From: an uncultured delta proteobacterium
GTDB lineage: Bacteria; Desulfobacterota; Binatia; Binatales; Binataceae
Length of the DNA: 64,000 bases
Assembly: GCA_963749215.1 (NCBI GenBank)
Contig: CAVVMA010000015.1
Coordinates: forward strand, 67,467-131,466
Direction: 5' to 3'
Position numbers and translations under genes: made by a program. Position 1 is the first letter of the stretch; each line of letters opens with the position of its first letter. The notes under the pieces were generated by a model that saw only the letters and a list, made by a program, of their open reading frames with translations, ran no database searches and had not been told where the DNA came from. Below are positions 18,403-27,524 of this stretch, piece by piece.

Positions 18403-20691
18403 ATGGCAGAATCAACCCAGACCCGGAATTTCAAGGTTGTCGGCACGCGGCCAATCCGCCCCGACGGCGTGGACAAGGTCACCGGCCGCGCGCGCTACGG
18501 CGCCGATTACGCCTTCCCCGGGATGCTCCACGGCAAGGTGCTCCGCAGTCCGCACGCACATGCGCGGATCAAAGCGATAAATGTCGAGAAGGCGCTGAAG
18601 CTGCCGGGCGTCAAGGCGATCGTGACCGGCGCCGACATGGGGCCTTTGCCCGAGAACAAGAGCGAGGCGGTCGGCGAAGCGGCGATGAACCCGCGCTACC
18701 TGTCGCTCAATATTCTCGCCCGCGACAAGGTGCTGTACGACGGCCACGCGCTCGCGGCGGTCGCCGCGACCAGCCCGCATATCGCGGAAGAGGCGCTGCG
18801 GCTGATCGAAGTGGAGTATGAAGTGCTGCCGCCCGTGATGACGGTCGAGCGCGCGATGGAGCTCGACGCGCCGATTTTGATTGCCGAGTTGCGCAATGCG
18901 GAATCGGGCGACCAGCCCACCAACGTCGCGATGCATCTGCCGATCAAGAAGGGCGACCCCGACGCAGGTTTCAAGTCCGCCGACTTCATCGTCGAGCGCG
19001 AGTTCCACACCGCGATGGTCCATCAGGGATATATCGAGCCGCACAACGCGGTCGGAATCTACAACTCCGACGGCCACGCGACGATCTATTGCTCCACCCA
19101 GGGCGCGTTCGACGTGCGCTCGATGAGCGCCAAGGTGTTGGGCATCGAGGTCGGCAAGCTCAAGGTCGTGCCGGCCGAAATAGGTGGCGGCTTCGGCGGC
19201 AAGACCACGATTTATCTGGAGCCGCTCTCGGTGCTGCTGTCGCGCAAGACCGGCCATCCGGTGAAGCTGGTCATGAGCCGCGCCGAGGTGCTGCGCGCCA
19301 GCGGCCCCACCTCGGGCTCGACGATCAAGGTCAAGATGGGCGCGACCAAAGACGGCAGGATCACCGCCGCGAAAGTCTGGATGGCCTACGAGGCCGGCGC
19401 GTTTCCCGGCTCGCCGGTGATGGCCGGTGCGATGACGATCCTGGCGCCCTACAATCTCGAGAACGTCCAGATCGACGCCTACGACGTGGTCGTCAACCGG
19501 CCCAAGACTGCCGCCTATCGCGCGCCCGGCGCGACCAACGCGGCCTTCGCCTCCGAGACGGTGATCGACGAGCTCGCCGAGAAATGCGGAATCGATCCGC
19601 TCGAGATCCGGATCAAGAATGCCGCTCACGAAGGCACGCCGCATCCGTTCGGCCCGCCCTTCAAAAAAATCGGCTTTGTCGAGACCTGTGAGGCGATCCG
19701 CAACAGCGCCCACTACAAGTCGAAGTTGACCGGCCCAAATCGCGGCCGCGGAGTCGCGGCGGGTTTCTGGTTCAACGCGGGGATGCAGTCATCGGCGACC
19801 GTGAACATCCATACCGACGGAACCGCGAGCGTCGTGACCGGCTCGCCGGACATCGGCGGCAGCCGCGCTTCGATGGCGATGATCGCCGCGGAAGTGCTGG
19901 GACTGGCGTTCGACGACGTTCGTCCGCTGGTCGCCGACACGGACTCGATCGGCCATACCGACGTGACCGGGGGCAGCCGCGTGACGTTCGCCACCGGGAT
20001 GGCGGTCTATCAGGCCGCTCAGGACGCGGTGAATCAGTTGAAGGAACGCGCGGCGAAACTGATGGACAAAAAACCCGACGAGTTGGAGTTCCGCGACGGC
20101 GCCTTCTGCGCCAAAAGTAACGGCGCGAAGCCGATGAAGATCAAGGAACTCGCCGGCCGTCTTGCGCGCGCCGGCGGACCCGTAACCGGACGCGCGAACG
20201 TGAACGCGCGCGGGGCGGCGCCGGCTTTTGCCGCAACCTGCGTTGACGTGGAGGTCGATCCGGAAACCGGCAAGGTCCAGATTCTCCGTTGCACCGTCGC
20301 ACAGGATGCCGGCAAGGCGATTCATCCGAGCTACGTTGAGGGCCAGATGCAAGGCGGCACGGCGCAGGGGATCGGATGGGCACTCAACGAGGAGTATGTC
20401 TACGACGGCAAGGGCATCCTGCGTAACACCGGGTTGCTGGACTACAGGATGCCGACCTGCCTCGATCTGCCCGCGATCGATACGATCATCGTCGAAGTTC
20501 CCAATCCGACTCATCCCCTGGGCGTGCGCGGAGTCGGCGAGGTGTCGATCGTTCCACCTCCGGCTGCGGTCGCCAACGCAATCTATCGGGCGGTCGGGGT
20601 GCGGATGACCGAGCTGCCGATGTCACCGCCGCGCCTGTTAAAGGCGATTCTGGCCGGGCGGCACGAACCTCGATTCGCGGCGGCGGATTGA
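18403..20691 (+). CDS. Xanthine dehydrogenase family molybdopterin-binding large subunit
   Basis: VTGRARYGADY, GGGFGGK, AAYRAPGATNAAFASE (not the CO-dehydrogenase VAYRCSFR signature), GVRGVGE. Confidence 0.9.
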   Translation: MAESTQTRNFKVVGTRPIRPDGVDKVTGRARYGADYAFPGMLHGKVLRSPHAHARIKAINVEKALKLPGVKAIVTGADMGPLPENKSEAVGEAAMNPRYLSLNILARDKVLYDGHALAAVAATSPHIAEEALRLIEVEYEVLPPVMTVERAMELDAPILIAELRNAESGDQPTNVAMHLPIKKGDPDAGFKSADFIVEREFHTAMVHQGYIEPHNAVGIYNSDGHATIYCSTQGAFDVRSMSAKVLGIEVGKLKVVPAEIGGGFGGKTTIYLEPLSVLLSRKTGHPVKLVMSRAEVLRASGPTSGSTIKVKMGATKDGRITAAKVWMAYEAGAFPGSPVMAGAMTILAPYNLENVQIDAYDVVVNRPKTAAYRAPGATNAAFASETVIDELAEKCGIDPLEIRIKNAAHEGTPHPFGPPFKKIGFVETCEAIRNSAHYKSKLTGPNRGRGVAAGFWFNAGMQSSATVNIHTDGTASVVTGSPDIGGSRASMAMIAAEVLGLAFDDVRPLVADTDSIGHTDVTGGSRVTFATGMAVYQAAQDAVNQLKERAAKLMDKKPDELEFRDGAFCAKSNGAKPMKIKELAGRLARAGGPVTGRANVNARGAAPAFAATCVDVEVDPETGKVQILRCTVAQDAGKAIHPSYVEGQMQGGTAQGIGWALNEEYVYDGKGILRNTGLLDYRMPTCLDLPAIDTIIVEVPNPTHPLGVRGVGEVSIVPPPAAVANAIYRAVGVRMTELPMSPPRLLKAILAGRHEPRFAAAD

Positions 20692-20742
20692 CGCCCAGGG
20701 CGCTCAATCAGCCCGCACAATCGCAGGTTCCGCACTGCCGAC

Positions 20743-21021
20743 ATGGCAACGGTTTTCATCCCTGCTGCGCTGCGCAAGTTTACCGCCGGGCGCGAGCGCG
20801 CGATCGCGCAGGGTCGCAATGTGGGACAGTTGATCGACGACCTGAACCGCCAGTTTCCCGGAATTCGCGCGCAGCTTGTCGAAAATGACGATCTGCGGCC
20901 TTCGATCGCGGTGTCGGTTGATGGCGAGATCGCGATCGGGGGCCTGCTCGAGCCGGTGAGCGAATCGAGCGAGGTCCATTTTCTGCCGGCGCTCGGCGGC
21001 GGGACAATCCGGCGGCAATAG
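20743..21021 (+). CDS. MoaD/ThiS-family ubiquitin-like protein with residues beyond the Gly-Gly
   Basis: MATVFIPAALRKFTAGRE..EVHFLPALGGGTIRRQ. Confidence 0.7.
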   Translation: MATVFIPAALRKFTAGRERAIAQGRNVGQLIDDLNRQFPGIRAQLVENDDLRPSIAVSVDGEIAIGGLLEPVSESSEVHFLPALGGGTIRRQ

Positions 21022-21050
21022 TCACGCGCCCCACCGTCAAATGATGGCAC

Positions 21051-21340
21051 CTATTGACATCCGTGGTCGTGGTTCTGATCGCAGTAGGCCTGCTGCGCAT
21101 TATTTCCGGGCATAAGACCCCAACCCGTCATATCGACTTCACTACAGCGCTCCGCTGCTTGGGCAAGACTCGTTCCGCTCTTGAAGATCAGATGCTCGCT
21201 AGCGATGGTGGCAATGATCCGGAGGGCTTCCGTGACGTAGTAGTCCTTCTCGATGATCGCCGGGCGCAATCTTCTGCCGCGCGGCGGGGGTGCGGTTGCC
21301 GCCGATTGCCTCGATCGCTCTCCAGATTAGGTCGCGCTGG
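21051..21340 (-). pseudogene. Remnant of an AbiEii/AbiGii-type nucleotidyltransferase toxin gene (5' part only, frameshifted)
   Basis: PAIIEKDYYVTEALRIIATIASEHLIFKSGTSLAQAAERCSEVDM matches the remembered IEKDYwV...lvFKGGTSLsKay..ieRFSEDiDl. Upstream, DLIWRAIEAIGG lies in another frame. Confidence 0.6.
21054..21074 (+). repeat. Copy 1 of a 21-bp perfect direct repeat, TTGACATCCGTGGTCGTGGTT
   Basis: Identical to 26621-26641. Flanking bases differ on both sides. Confidence 0.95.
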
Positions 21341-21434
21341 ACTTCGCCGATTTTGTCAGGAAGCCAGTTTCGAAGTGAGCAAGAGTGACGCGCGGCAACA
21401 GGGACTCAACAGCGAGATCATCTTCTGCGGTCCC

Positions 21435-22852
21435 TTAACGCGCGGAAACAGGTGATCGGGCGCTCGTGTACCTCGCAATCTCGAAAGCGAGTCGGTCGGA
21501 GTCTCCGACTGGAAGCCTTGAGGTCATCACCCGAATCGCCGGTGGGCTCTTGATCCTGAATCGTTCGCCGGCGCGCACTGCCCAACCCGCGTTCAGGAGC
21601 CCCTGTATGACCGCTCCTTCTTCCCTGACCGGTATCCAGACGTGAATTCCGGAGCGTGAGGTCGCCTCGATTCCGCGTTTTCGAAGCGCCGCAACGAAAG
21701 CGGCGCGTCGCTGCGCGTAGGTCTGCGACGCATGGCGAATAGTGCGCAGAATCGCCTGATTATTCAAAGCCGATGCGACGATACGTTGCAGAATGTGGCT
21801 GACCCAGCACGGGCCTAGATCTGGCGCGCCTCCAGCCGTGATATCGTCAAGGCATCGCCCGCAACGAGGGCTAGCCTGAGATCGGGTCCGAGAAATTTTG
21901 ATACCGAGCGGACCACTGCCCACCGACGTCGGTCAGGTTCAACCAGGCTTGCTGCCGGCACGCCCGCGATAGGCCCGGCGAAATCGTCTTCCAGCAAGAG
22001 GACTTCGGGGTGACGGCCGAGCAGGGCCCTTAGCTCGCGTGCCCGCTTCGGATCGAGGGCGGCTCCGGTTGGATTTTGAGCGCGCGGCGTGATTATGAGA
22101 GCGTCAATGCCGGTCTCCAGAGCTTGAGCCAATTCTTCCGGCCGTAGGCCGAAGGGGTCGATTTTGACCGGGGTAAGGCGAAGTCCAAGCGTGCGGATAA
22201 GGTCGATTATCACAAAGTTGCCCGGATCTTCGAGGCCCACCCGGTTGCCGACATGAAGCCGCGCCTGCAGCACGCGCTCTATCCCATCGTGCGCGCCACC
22301 CGTCACGGCAATGTGATCAGAAGGAATTCCGTCTGCTTTGAACATCCGCGCCGCGAGCCCAAGGAGCTCCGGATGGTTGGACGCGCCCCCGTAGAGGTGT
22401 GGCGGAGTGTCGCCCTTTATCAGCGCCAGGAGATCGCTCGTCTTGGGAAGTAACGCGGGATCGGGGTTACCGGTCGCGAGATCGACGACCCCGGCGGGAG
22501 TTTCAGGATAGGTCCGGATTTCCAGCGGCGGGCGCGGGTTCACGATGGTGCCGCGCCGGCGGTCTCCGGCTGCAAGGCCGCTCATTCGCAATAGCCTGAA
22601 AGCGGCTCCGACCGTAACCGGGCTGACACTCAGGGTCTTGGCCAGATCCCTCATCGTCGGCAGCTTAGCGCCTGGGCTGAACCGGCCTCGTAAAATCGCC
22701 CGTTCGAGACTGTCGGCGATTTCGTTTGCATTGGAGCCATCAAGTTGGCACGATTGAGTTGTGTCAATCATAGTTTTGAACTGTAGCAAAATGCCGGAGT
22801 GTACATCAAGCAGTAACGGGGCAAACCGTTGGGGCCGCTTGGTGCGTATCAT
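21435..22852 (-). CDS. MocR-type regulator (GntR HTH plus PLP aminotransferase domain), apparent frameshift near 21825
   Basis: LPTMRDLAKTLSVSPVTVGAAFRLL HTH, aminotransferase core RSVSKFLGPDLRLALVAG. The C-terminal part continues in ORF 21435-21923. Confidence 0.8.
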
Positions 22853-22893
22853 CCGCGTGCCGTGGCGGCGGCATCAAACGAGAGGAGAGAGTC

Positions 22894-22992
22894 ATGACCG
22901 CGCAGCGTGAATCGATGAGTCCCTACCCCTTCGATCAAGCTCGGGATCAGGAGCGGACGCGGCTGACGACCTTGGAGTTGGGACTCGAATAG
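22894..22992 (+). pseudogene. 32-codon fragment paralogous to the 5' end of the methyltransferase gene at 24762
   Basis: MTAQRESMSPYPFDQARDQERTRLTTLELGLE versus MSTYPFDQAWEKERSRLDGLEEGLD. Nucleotide similarity is also visible, and there is a good RBS (GAGGAGAGA). Confidence 0.55.
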
Positions 22993-23047
22993 TTTAGTCA
23001 GCCGCACCAAGGGACAGGCATGCCGGTCGGGAGCGAGGGAGAGCGAT

Positions 23048-23953
23048 ATGGCTCGGATCCGTGCAAACGGGATTGATCTCGAGTACGAGGAATTCGGCCC
23101 GAAGGCGGGCGAGCCCATTCTGCTGATTACGGGAACGGGCCTCCAGTTGACCAGCTGGCCACTGGAATTTATCGAGCTGCTTACCGCCCGAGGATATCGG
23201 GTTATCCGCTACGACAATCGCGACGTGGGCCTGTCGCAAAAGTTCGACAGCGCGGGACCAGCCGATATTCCCCGGATGATGGCCGAGATGGCGCTGGGCA
23301 AGAAGCCCGCCGCCGCGTACACGCTGGACGATATGGCCAACGATGCGGCGGGACTGCTCGACGCGCTTCGGATCGAGAAGGCGCATATCGTCGGTGCTTC
23401 GATGGGCGGGATGATCGGGCAACTGGTCGCCGCCAACCATGCGGAGAAGACGCTATCGCTCACCTCGATCATGTCCACGACCGGCAACAGCGCGCTTCCA
23501 CCCCTGAAGCCCGAAGCGGTGGCCGTGCTGCTGAACCGCCCGCCGGCAGACGATGCCGAGGCTACCATCGAGCATGGCGTGAGGGTCTACAAGGCGATGG
23601 GCAGCCCCGCTTATCCTACTGACGAAAAGGAAATCCGCCGGCGCGTGACCGAGGATTTCAAGCGCTCGAATTATCCGGCGGGATTTTCGCGGCAGGCCGC
23701 GGCCGTGATGGTCACCGGCGATCGCCGCGCGGCGCTCAAGCGGATCAAGGCGCCGACCGTCGTCATTCACGGCGCGGATGATCCGCTCGTGCCGGTGGAG
23801 GGCGGCCGCGACACGGCGGCGAATATCGCGGGCGCGGAGCTAATCGAGATTCCCGGCATGGGCCATCATCTGCCGGCGCCGCTCTATTCGAGGATCGCCG
23901 ATGCGATCGAATCGGTGGCGGAGCGCGCACGCGCCGGTGCGTCGTTCAGTTAA
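23048..23953 (+). CDS. Alpha/beta hydrolase
   Basis: ILLITGTG, HIVGASMGGMIG nucleophile elbow, VIHGADDPLVP, GMGHHLP. Confidence 0.85.
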   Translation: MARIRANGIDLEYEEFGPKAGEPILLITGTGLQLTSWPLEFIELLTARGYRVIRYDNRDVGLSQKFDSAGPADIPRMMAEMALGKKPAAAYTLDDMANDAAGLLDALRIEKAHIVGASMGGMIGQLVAANHAEKTLSLTSIMSTTGNSALPPLKPEAVAVLLNRPPADDAEATIEHGVRVYKAMGSPAYPTDEKEIRRRVTEDFKRSNYPAGFSRQAAAVMVTGDRRAALKRIKAPTVVIHGADDPLVPVEGGRDTAANIAGAELIEIPGMGHHLPAPLYSRIADAIESVAERARAGASFS

Positions 23954-23958
23954 GAGGG

Positions 23959-24672
23959 GTGAGAAACGAGGGACCCATGGCGAAGCAGCCTCACTTCACT
24001 CCGGCGCTGTTTAGCTTCTTGCGCGAGCTGGCGGCCAACAACCGCCGCGAATGGTCCCTGACTAACAAGCAGCGTTACGAGCGCGAGGTGCGCGAGCCGC
24101 TTTTGAGCTTCATCGCCGACTTCGCGCCACGGCTTAAAGAGCTCAGCGTGCAGTACGTGGCTGATCCCAGTTCCAACCGCGGCTCGATGTTCCGTATCTA
24201 CCGCGACGTCCGCTTTTCGCCCGACAAGCGGCCGTACAAGATTCACGCTGCGGCGCGCTTTCCGCACTTGATGGGCAAAGGCGTGCACGCGCCGGGCTAT
24301 TATCTCCATCTCGAACCGGGCAACGTCTTCTTTGCCGCCGGCATGTGGCGCCCAGACGCCCAGTCGCTGGCCGAGGTGCGCGACGCGATCGTAGCCTCGC
24401 CCAAGCGTTGGCGACGGGCGATCGGCGGTCGCGCTTTTGCCGCCGCTTGCACGCTAGAGGGCGACAAGCTCAGTCGCCCGCCCAAGGGCTACGACTCCAA
24501 CCATCCGCTGATCGAAGAGCTCAAGCTCAAAGATTTCATCGCCCATTCCCGCACGGGCTTGCGTGAGCGCGATGCGCTCTCGGGCGACTTCATCGACCAG
24601 TTCGCCGGCTTCTGCGCCGCCGCCGCGCCGCTGATGCGCTTTCTGACCGAGGCGGTCGGGCTGAAGTGGTAG
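23959..24672 (+). CDS. DUF2461 (TIGR02453) family protein
   Basis: FTPALFSFLRELAANNRREW, MFRIYRDVRFSPDKRPYK, HPLIEELKLKDF. Confidence 0.8.
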   Translation: MRNEGPMAKQPHFTPALFSFLRELAANNRREWSLTNKQRYEREVREPLLSFIADFAPRLKELSVQYVADPSSNRGSMFRIYRDVRFSPDKRPYKIHAAARFPHLMGKGVHAPGYYLHLEPGNVFFAAGMWRPDAQSLAEVRDAIVASPKRWRRAIGGRAFAAACTLEGDKLSRPPKGYDSNHPLIEELKLKDFIAHSRTGLRERDALSGDFIDQFAGFCAAAAPLMRFLTEAVGLKW

Positions 24673-24761
24673 GCCAGGCAGAGGGATGAGCCATGAAAAG
24701 CGGAGCGGATGGTAGAAAATAGTGACTCCGAACGAAGTTATGAAGGAAAAGAGGAACGCCG

Positions 24762-25593
24762 ATGAGCACGTACCCATTCGATCAAGCGTGGGAGAAGGAG
24801 CGGAGCCGGCTTGACGGCCTGGAGGAGGGACTCGACCCGGGGACGATCCGTCACCTGGAGGCGCTCGGGGTTGGCCCGGGATGGCGTTGCTGGGAGGTTG
24901 GTGCCGGCGGCGGTTCGATCGCAGCGTGGCTGTGTCAACGTGTCGGAGAAGATGGCCATGTCCTGGCGACCGATCTGGAAACGACCTTCCTCAAGCGGCT
25001 GTCGTATGCAAACCTCGCGGTTCGCCGCCACGACGTTGCTGCCGACGGTCTTCCGGAAGGCGGCCGGTTCGATCTCGTGCATGCGCGCTGGGTGCTGGAG
25101 TGGATTCGCGACCGCAGGCGAGCCCTCGAACGCATGGTCTCTGCGCTTAAGCCCGGCGGGTGGCTGCTCGTCGAAGCGTCGGACTTCGTGACCCTTTTTC
25201 ACGGGTGCCAGTCCGACATCGTCAGGAAGGTCGTGACGGCCGTCGTGCTGGAGACCGCGCGCGTGGCGCTGGGGACTGCTGAGTATGGCCGGCGCCTGTT
25301 CGACGATGTGCGCGCGCTTCGCCTGCTTGACGTTCGAGTCGCTGGGCAGGGTCGAGATGATGCGCGGCGGCGGGCCTCTTTGCAGGTCTCATTATCTGGC
25401 GATGCAGAAGACCGCGGTCTTCGCAATCGAGTCGGGCGCGCTCAGGGCGGAGGAAGTTGAGGAGGCGCTCGCACGACTGAACGACCCCGCCTTCGCCACC
25501 ATGTCGGCCATCACCATGGCGGTGTGGGGCCGCCGCCCGCTGGGCGCCTGGGAAGGAGCGGCACAGGCCGGAAAGGAAAAGGCAGCTCGATGA
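24762..25593 (+). CDS. Class I SAM-dependent methyltransferase, apparent frameshift near 25335
   Basis: WEVGAGGGSIAAWL motif I, DLVHARWVLEW, LKPGGWLLVE. The C-terminus continues in ORF 25285-25593. Confidence 0.75.
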
Positions 25594-25698
25594 TGCGTTC
25601 TGTTCGGCTCATCTGCCGATCAACTCGCGCCGGATAGATCCGAGTATGCCAAGCAATGAGATCGCCGTTTACGCGGGCAACAACTACTAGGGTGAGCG

Positions 25699-26088
25699 AT
25701 GTCGGATTATGACTTCATAGTTATCGGGGCAGGGTCGACGGGCGCGACGCTGGCGGCCCGATTGTCGGAGCATCCCGCGGCTCGAGTCTTGTTGCTCGAA
25801 GCCGGCCAGAATTATCGCTCCGAGGACACCCCGCCTGAGATTCGCGACTTTGACTTCCTCAAAACCTTCGGTCACGGCGGCCTTTACTGGCCGACGCTCT
25901 ATGCGCGCCTGAACGACGCCCAGCAGGTCGCCGTCCCCTACTGGCGCGGCCTCGGTGTCGGAGGGAGCTCAGCGGTCAATGCCGGCGCCGCTGTGCGGGG
26001 GCTTCCGGGCGATTTCGACGCATGGGCTGAGCAGGGACGTTGTCTCCGCCGGCCTATGCGCGATATCCGGACCACCGGGGAAAACTGA
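25699..26088 (+). pseudogene. GMC oxidoreductase, N-terminal ~115 residues only
   Basis: DYDFIVIGAGSTGATLAARLSE..RVLLLEAG..GLGVGGSSAVNAGAAVRG..DFDAWAEQG, after which similarity is lost. Full-length family members are about 530 aa. Confidence 0.7.
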
Positions 26089-26533
26089 TGCTATACGGTA
26101 CGTTCGCCTGTCGGGACATTCTCGAACGTCGACTTGCGGTCTTCGAGCGACTCGGCGGGAAGCGAGCGCGAGAGGCTTGGCGTCGTTTTCACGAGAACCC
26201 CAACGCAGAGGCATACGTTGAGTATGCCGTTTCTGCTTGCCCCTCTTTAATCGAAACCTGCGCGGGCCAGAATCTTCCTATCGCATGTCGCTCCTGACTT
26301 CGAGGCAGGTCTTCGCATGCCTCGTCCCGGATACCTCGTCGGACTTCGTCCCATGCTTGGTCGGATTCGCTGTCCAACGCTCGCCCTAGCTGGAGAGGAC
26401 CATCCGGCTTGTCCGATAGAAGTGTAAGCGCCGGAGAGAAAATCCCTCACGGAAGCGGCCGGATGGTTGGCCGCGCCGGAGTAAACTCCAGCGGCAGATG
26501 GGCCCTCTGCCAAGACGAGCAGAGGGCGGAGGG

Positions 26534-26683
26534 ATGAAAGGCGTGGAACTGTACGGGCAGGTGCGGCGAGCGGTGTATGTGGAGGGGGTGAGCCGGCGGA
26601 AGGCGGCGCGGCGATTCGGGTTGACATCCGTGGTCGTGGTTAAGAAAACCCATTTGCATGCGCCTGAAAGTCACGTACAATAA
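26534..26683 (+). pseudogene. IS21-family transposase (IstA) N-terminal HTH fragment
   Basis: MKGVELYGQVRRAVYVEGVSRRKAARRFGL matches remembered IstA N-termini. The ORF stops after 49 codons. Confidence 0.5.
26621..26641 (+). repeat. Copy 2 of the 21-bp perfect direct repeat
   Basis: TTGACATCCGTGGTCGTGGTT, identical to 21054-21074. Confidence 0.95.
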
Positions 26684-26725
26684 AGCTTGCCGGCCGGGGT
26701 TTGCCCCCCTTTTCCCGGCTAGCTA

Positions 26726-26767
26726 GGGGGTCGGGAGGAGCAATCCTCCTCGACCCCGACTTTTTTC
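26726..26767 (+). terminator. Rho-independent terminator-like hairpin
   Basis: GGGGTCGGGAGGAG-CAAT-CCTCCTCGACCCC followed by GACTTTTTT. Confidence 0.6.
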
Positions 26768-26893
26768 TGGCGGAACCTTACTTCTGAACGATCGTACAGA
26801 GCGCCCGCAAGGATCGCCGCCGCCCGGACGCGCCGCGACACGCCACGCCGACGCAGCCAACGATATCGCCGGAAGAGCAGACGAATTGCGCGC

Positions 26894-27355
26894 TCAGGCG
26901 CGGGCCCTCAGCACCAGGACCGAGCATGGCGCTCCGCGCACCAGCTTCTCGGCCACGCTCCCCATCAGCATCCGGTTGAACCCGGTGCGGCCATGGCTGG
27001 AGAGCAGGATCAGATCGATAGCCTCCCGATCGGCATAGTCGATGATCTTCGGTACCGGCGGGCCTACGACTGCGCTCGTGAGGACCTTGGGGGAGTTCTC
27101 GAGCTGGTCTCTTTTGATACGGGCCAGCTCTTCTTCCGCTTCCTGCATCAGCCCGGCCTCGCGGGCCATCTCACGCCCGCTCTCGGCGTCCTTGGTCAGC
27201 AACAGCGGAACGAAATTCGAATGCGGCACCACGACGTGCAGGAGATGCAGCTCGGCGCCAACATCTTTGGCAAGTTCCCACGCGCCACGCATCGCCTCAA
27301 ACGAAAATTCGGAAAAGTCCATTGGCGAGAGAATCTTCTTGACGTTCTGGATCAT
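26894..27355 (-). CDS. Universal stress protein (UspA family)
   Basis: MIQNVKKILSPMDFSEFS..ELHLLHVV..DLILLSSHGRTGFNRMLMGSVAEKLVRGAPCSVLVL. Confidence 0.88.
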   Translation of the reverse strand: MIQNVKKILSPMDFSEFSFEAMRGAWELAKDVGAELHLLHVVVPHSNFVPLLLTKDAESGREMAREAGLMQEAEEELARIKRDQLENSPKVLTSAVVGPPVPKIIDYADREAIDLILLSSHGRTGFNRMLMGSVAEKLVRGAPCSVLVLRARA

Positions 27356-27524
27356 GGCCGCCTCCCTGCGCTCAATCCAATTACCACCGGCTTTGCGGGC
27401 GGTGCAAACCTGATTCGATCTATGCAATTATCGGCGAACATCGGCTTGCGCGGCAAGCCCCGTGAGGCACGATCGGTTTGGTTGATTCATTCGATGCGGC
27501 AGATTTTGAGATAAAAGTATCGCG

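Noticed and set aside
18412-19713. A 433-aa minus-strand ORF, together with similar long antisense ORFs (12179-13501, 37635-39440, 47794-49338, 50294-51490, 58248-59204, 60979-61959, 61963-62832, 34944-36236, 10229-11167, 17139-18080)
   Set aside because: Each lies fully opposite a gene with clear family motifs. Their translations are Arg/Ala/Gly/Pro-rich with no motifs. These are typical stop-poor shadow frames of high-GC DNA.
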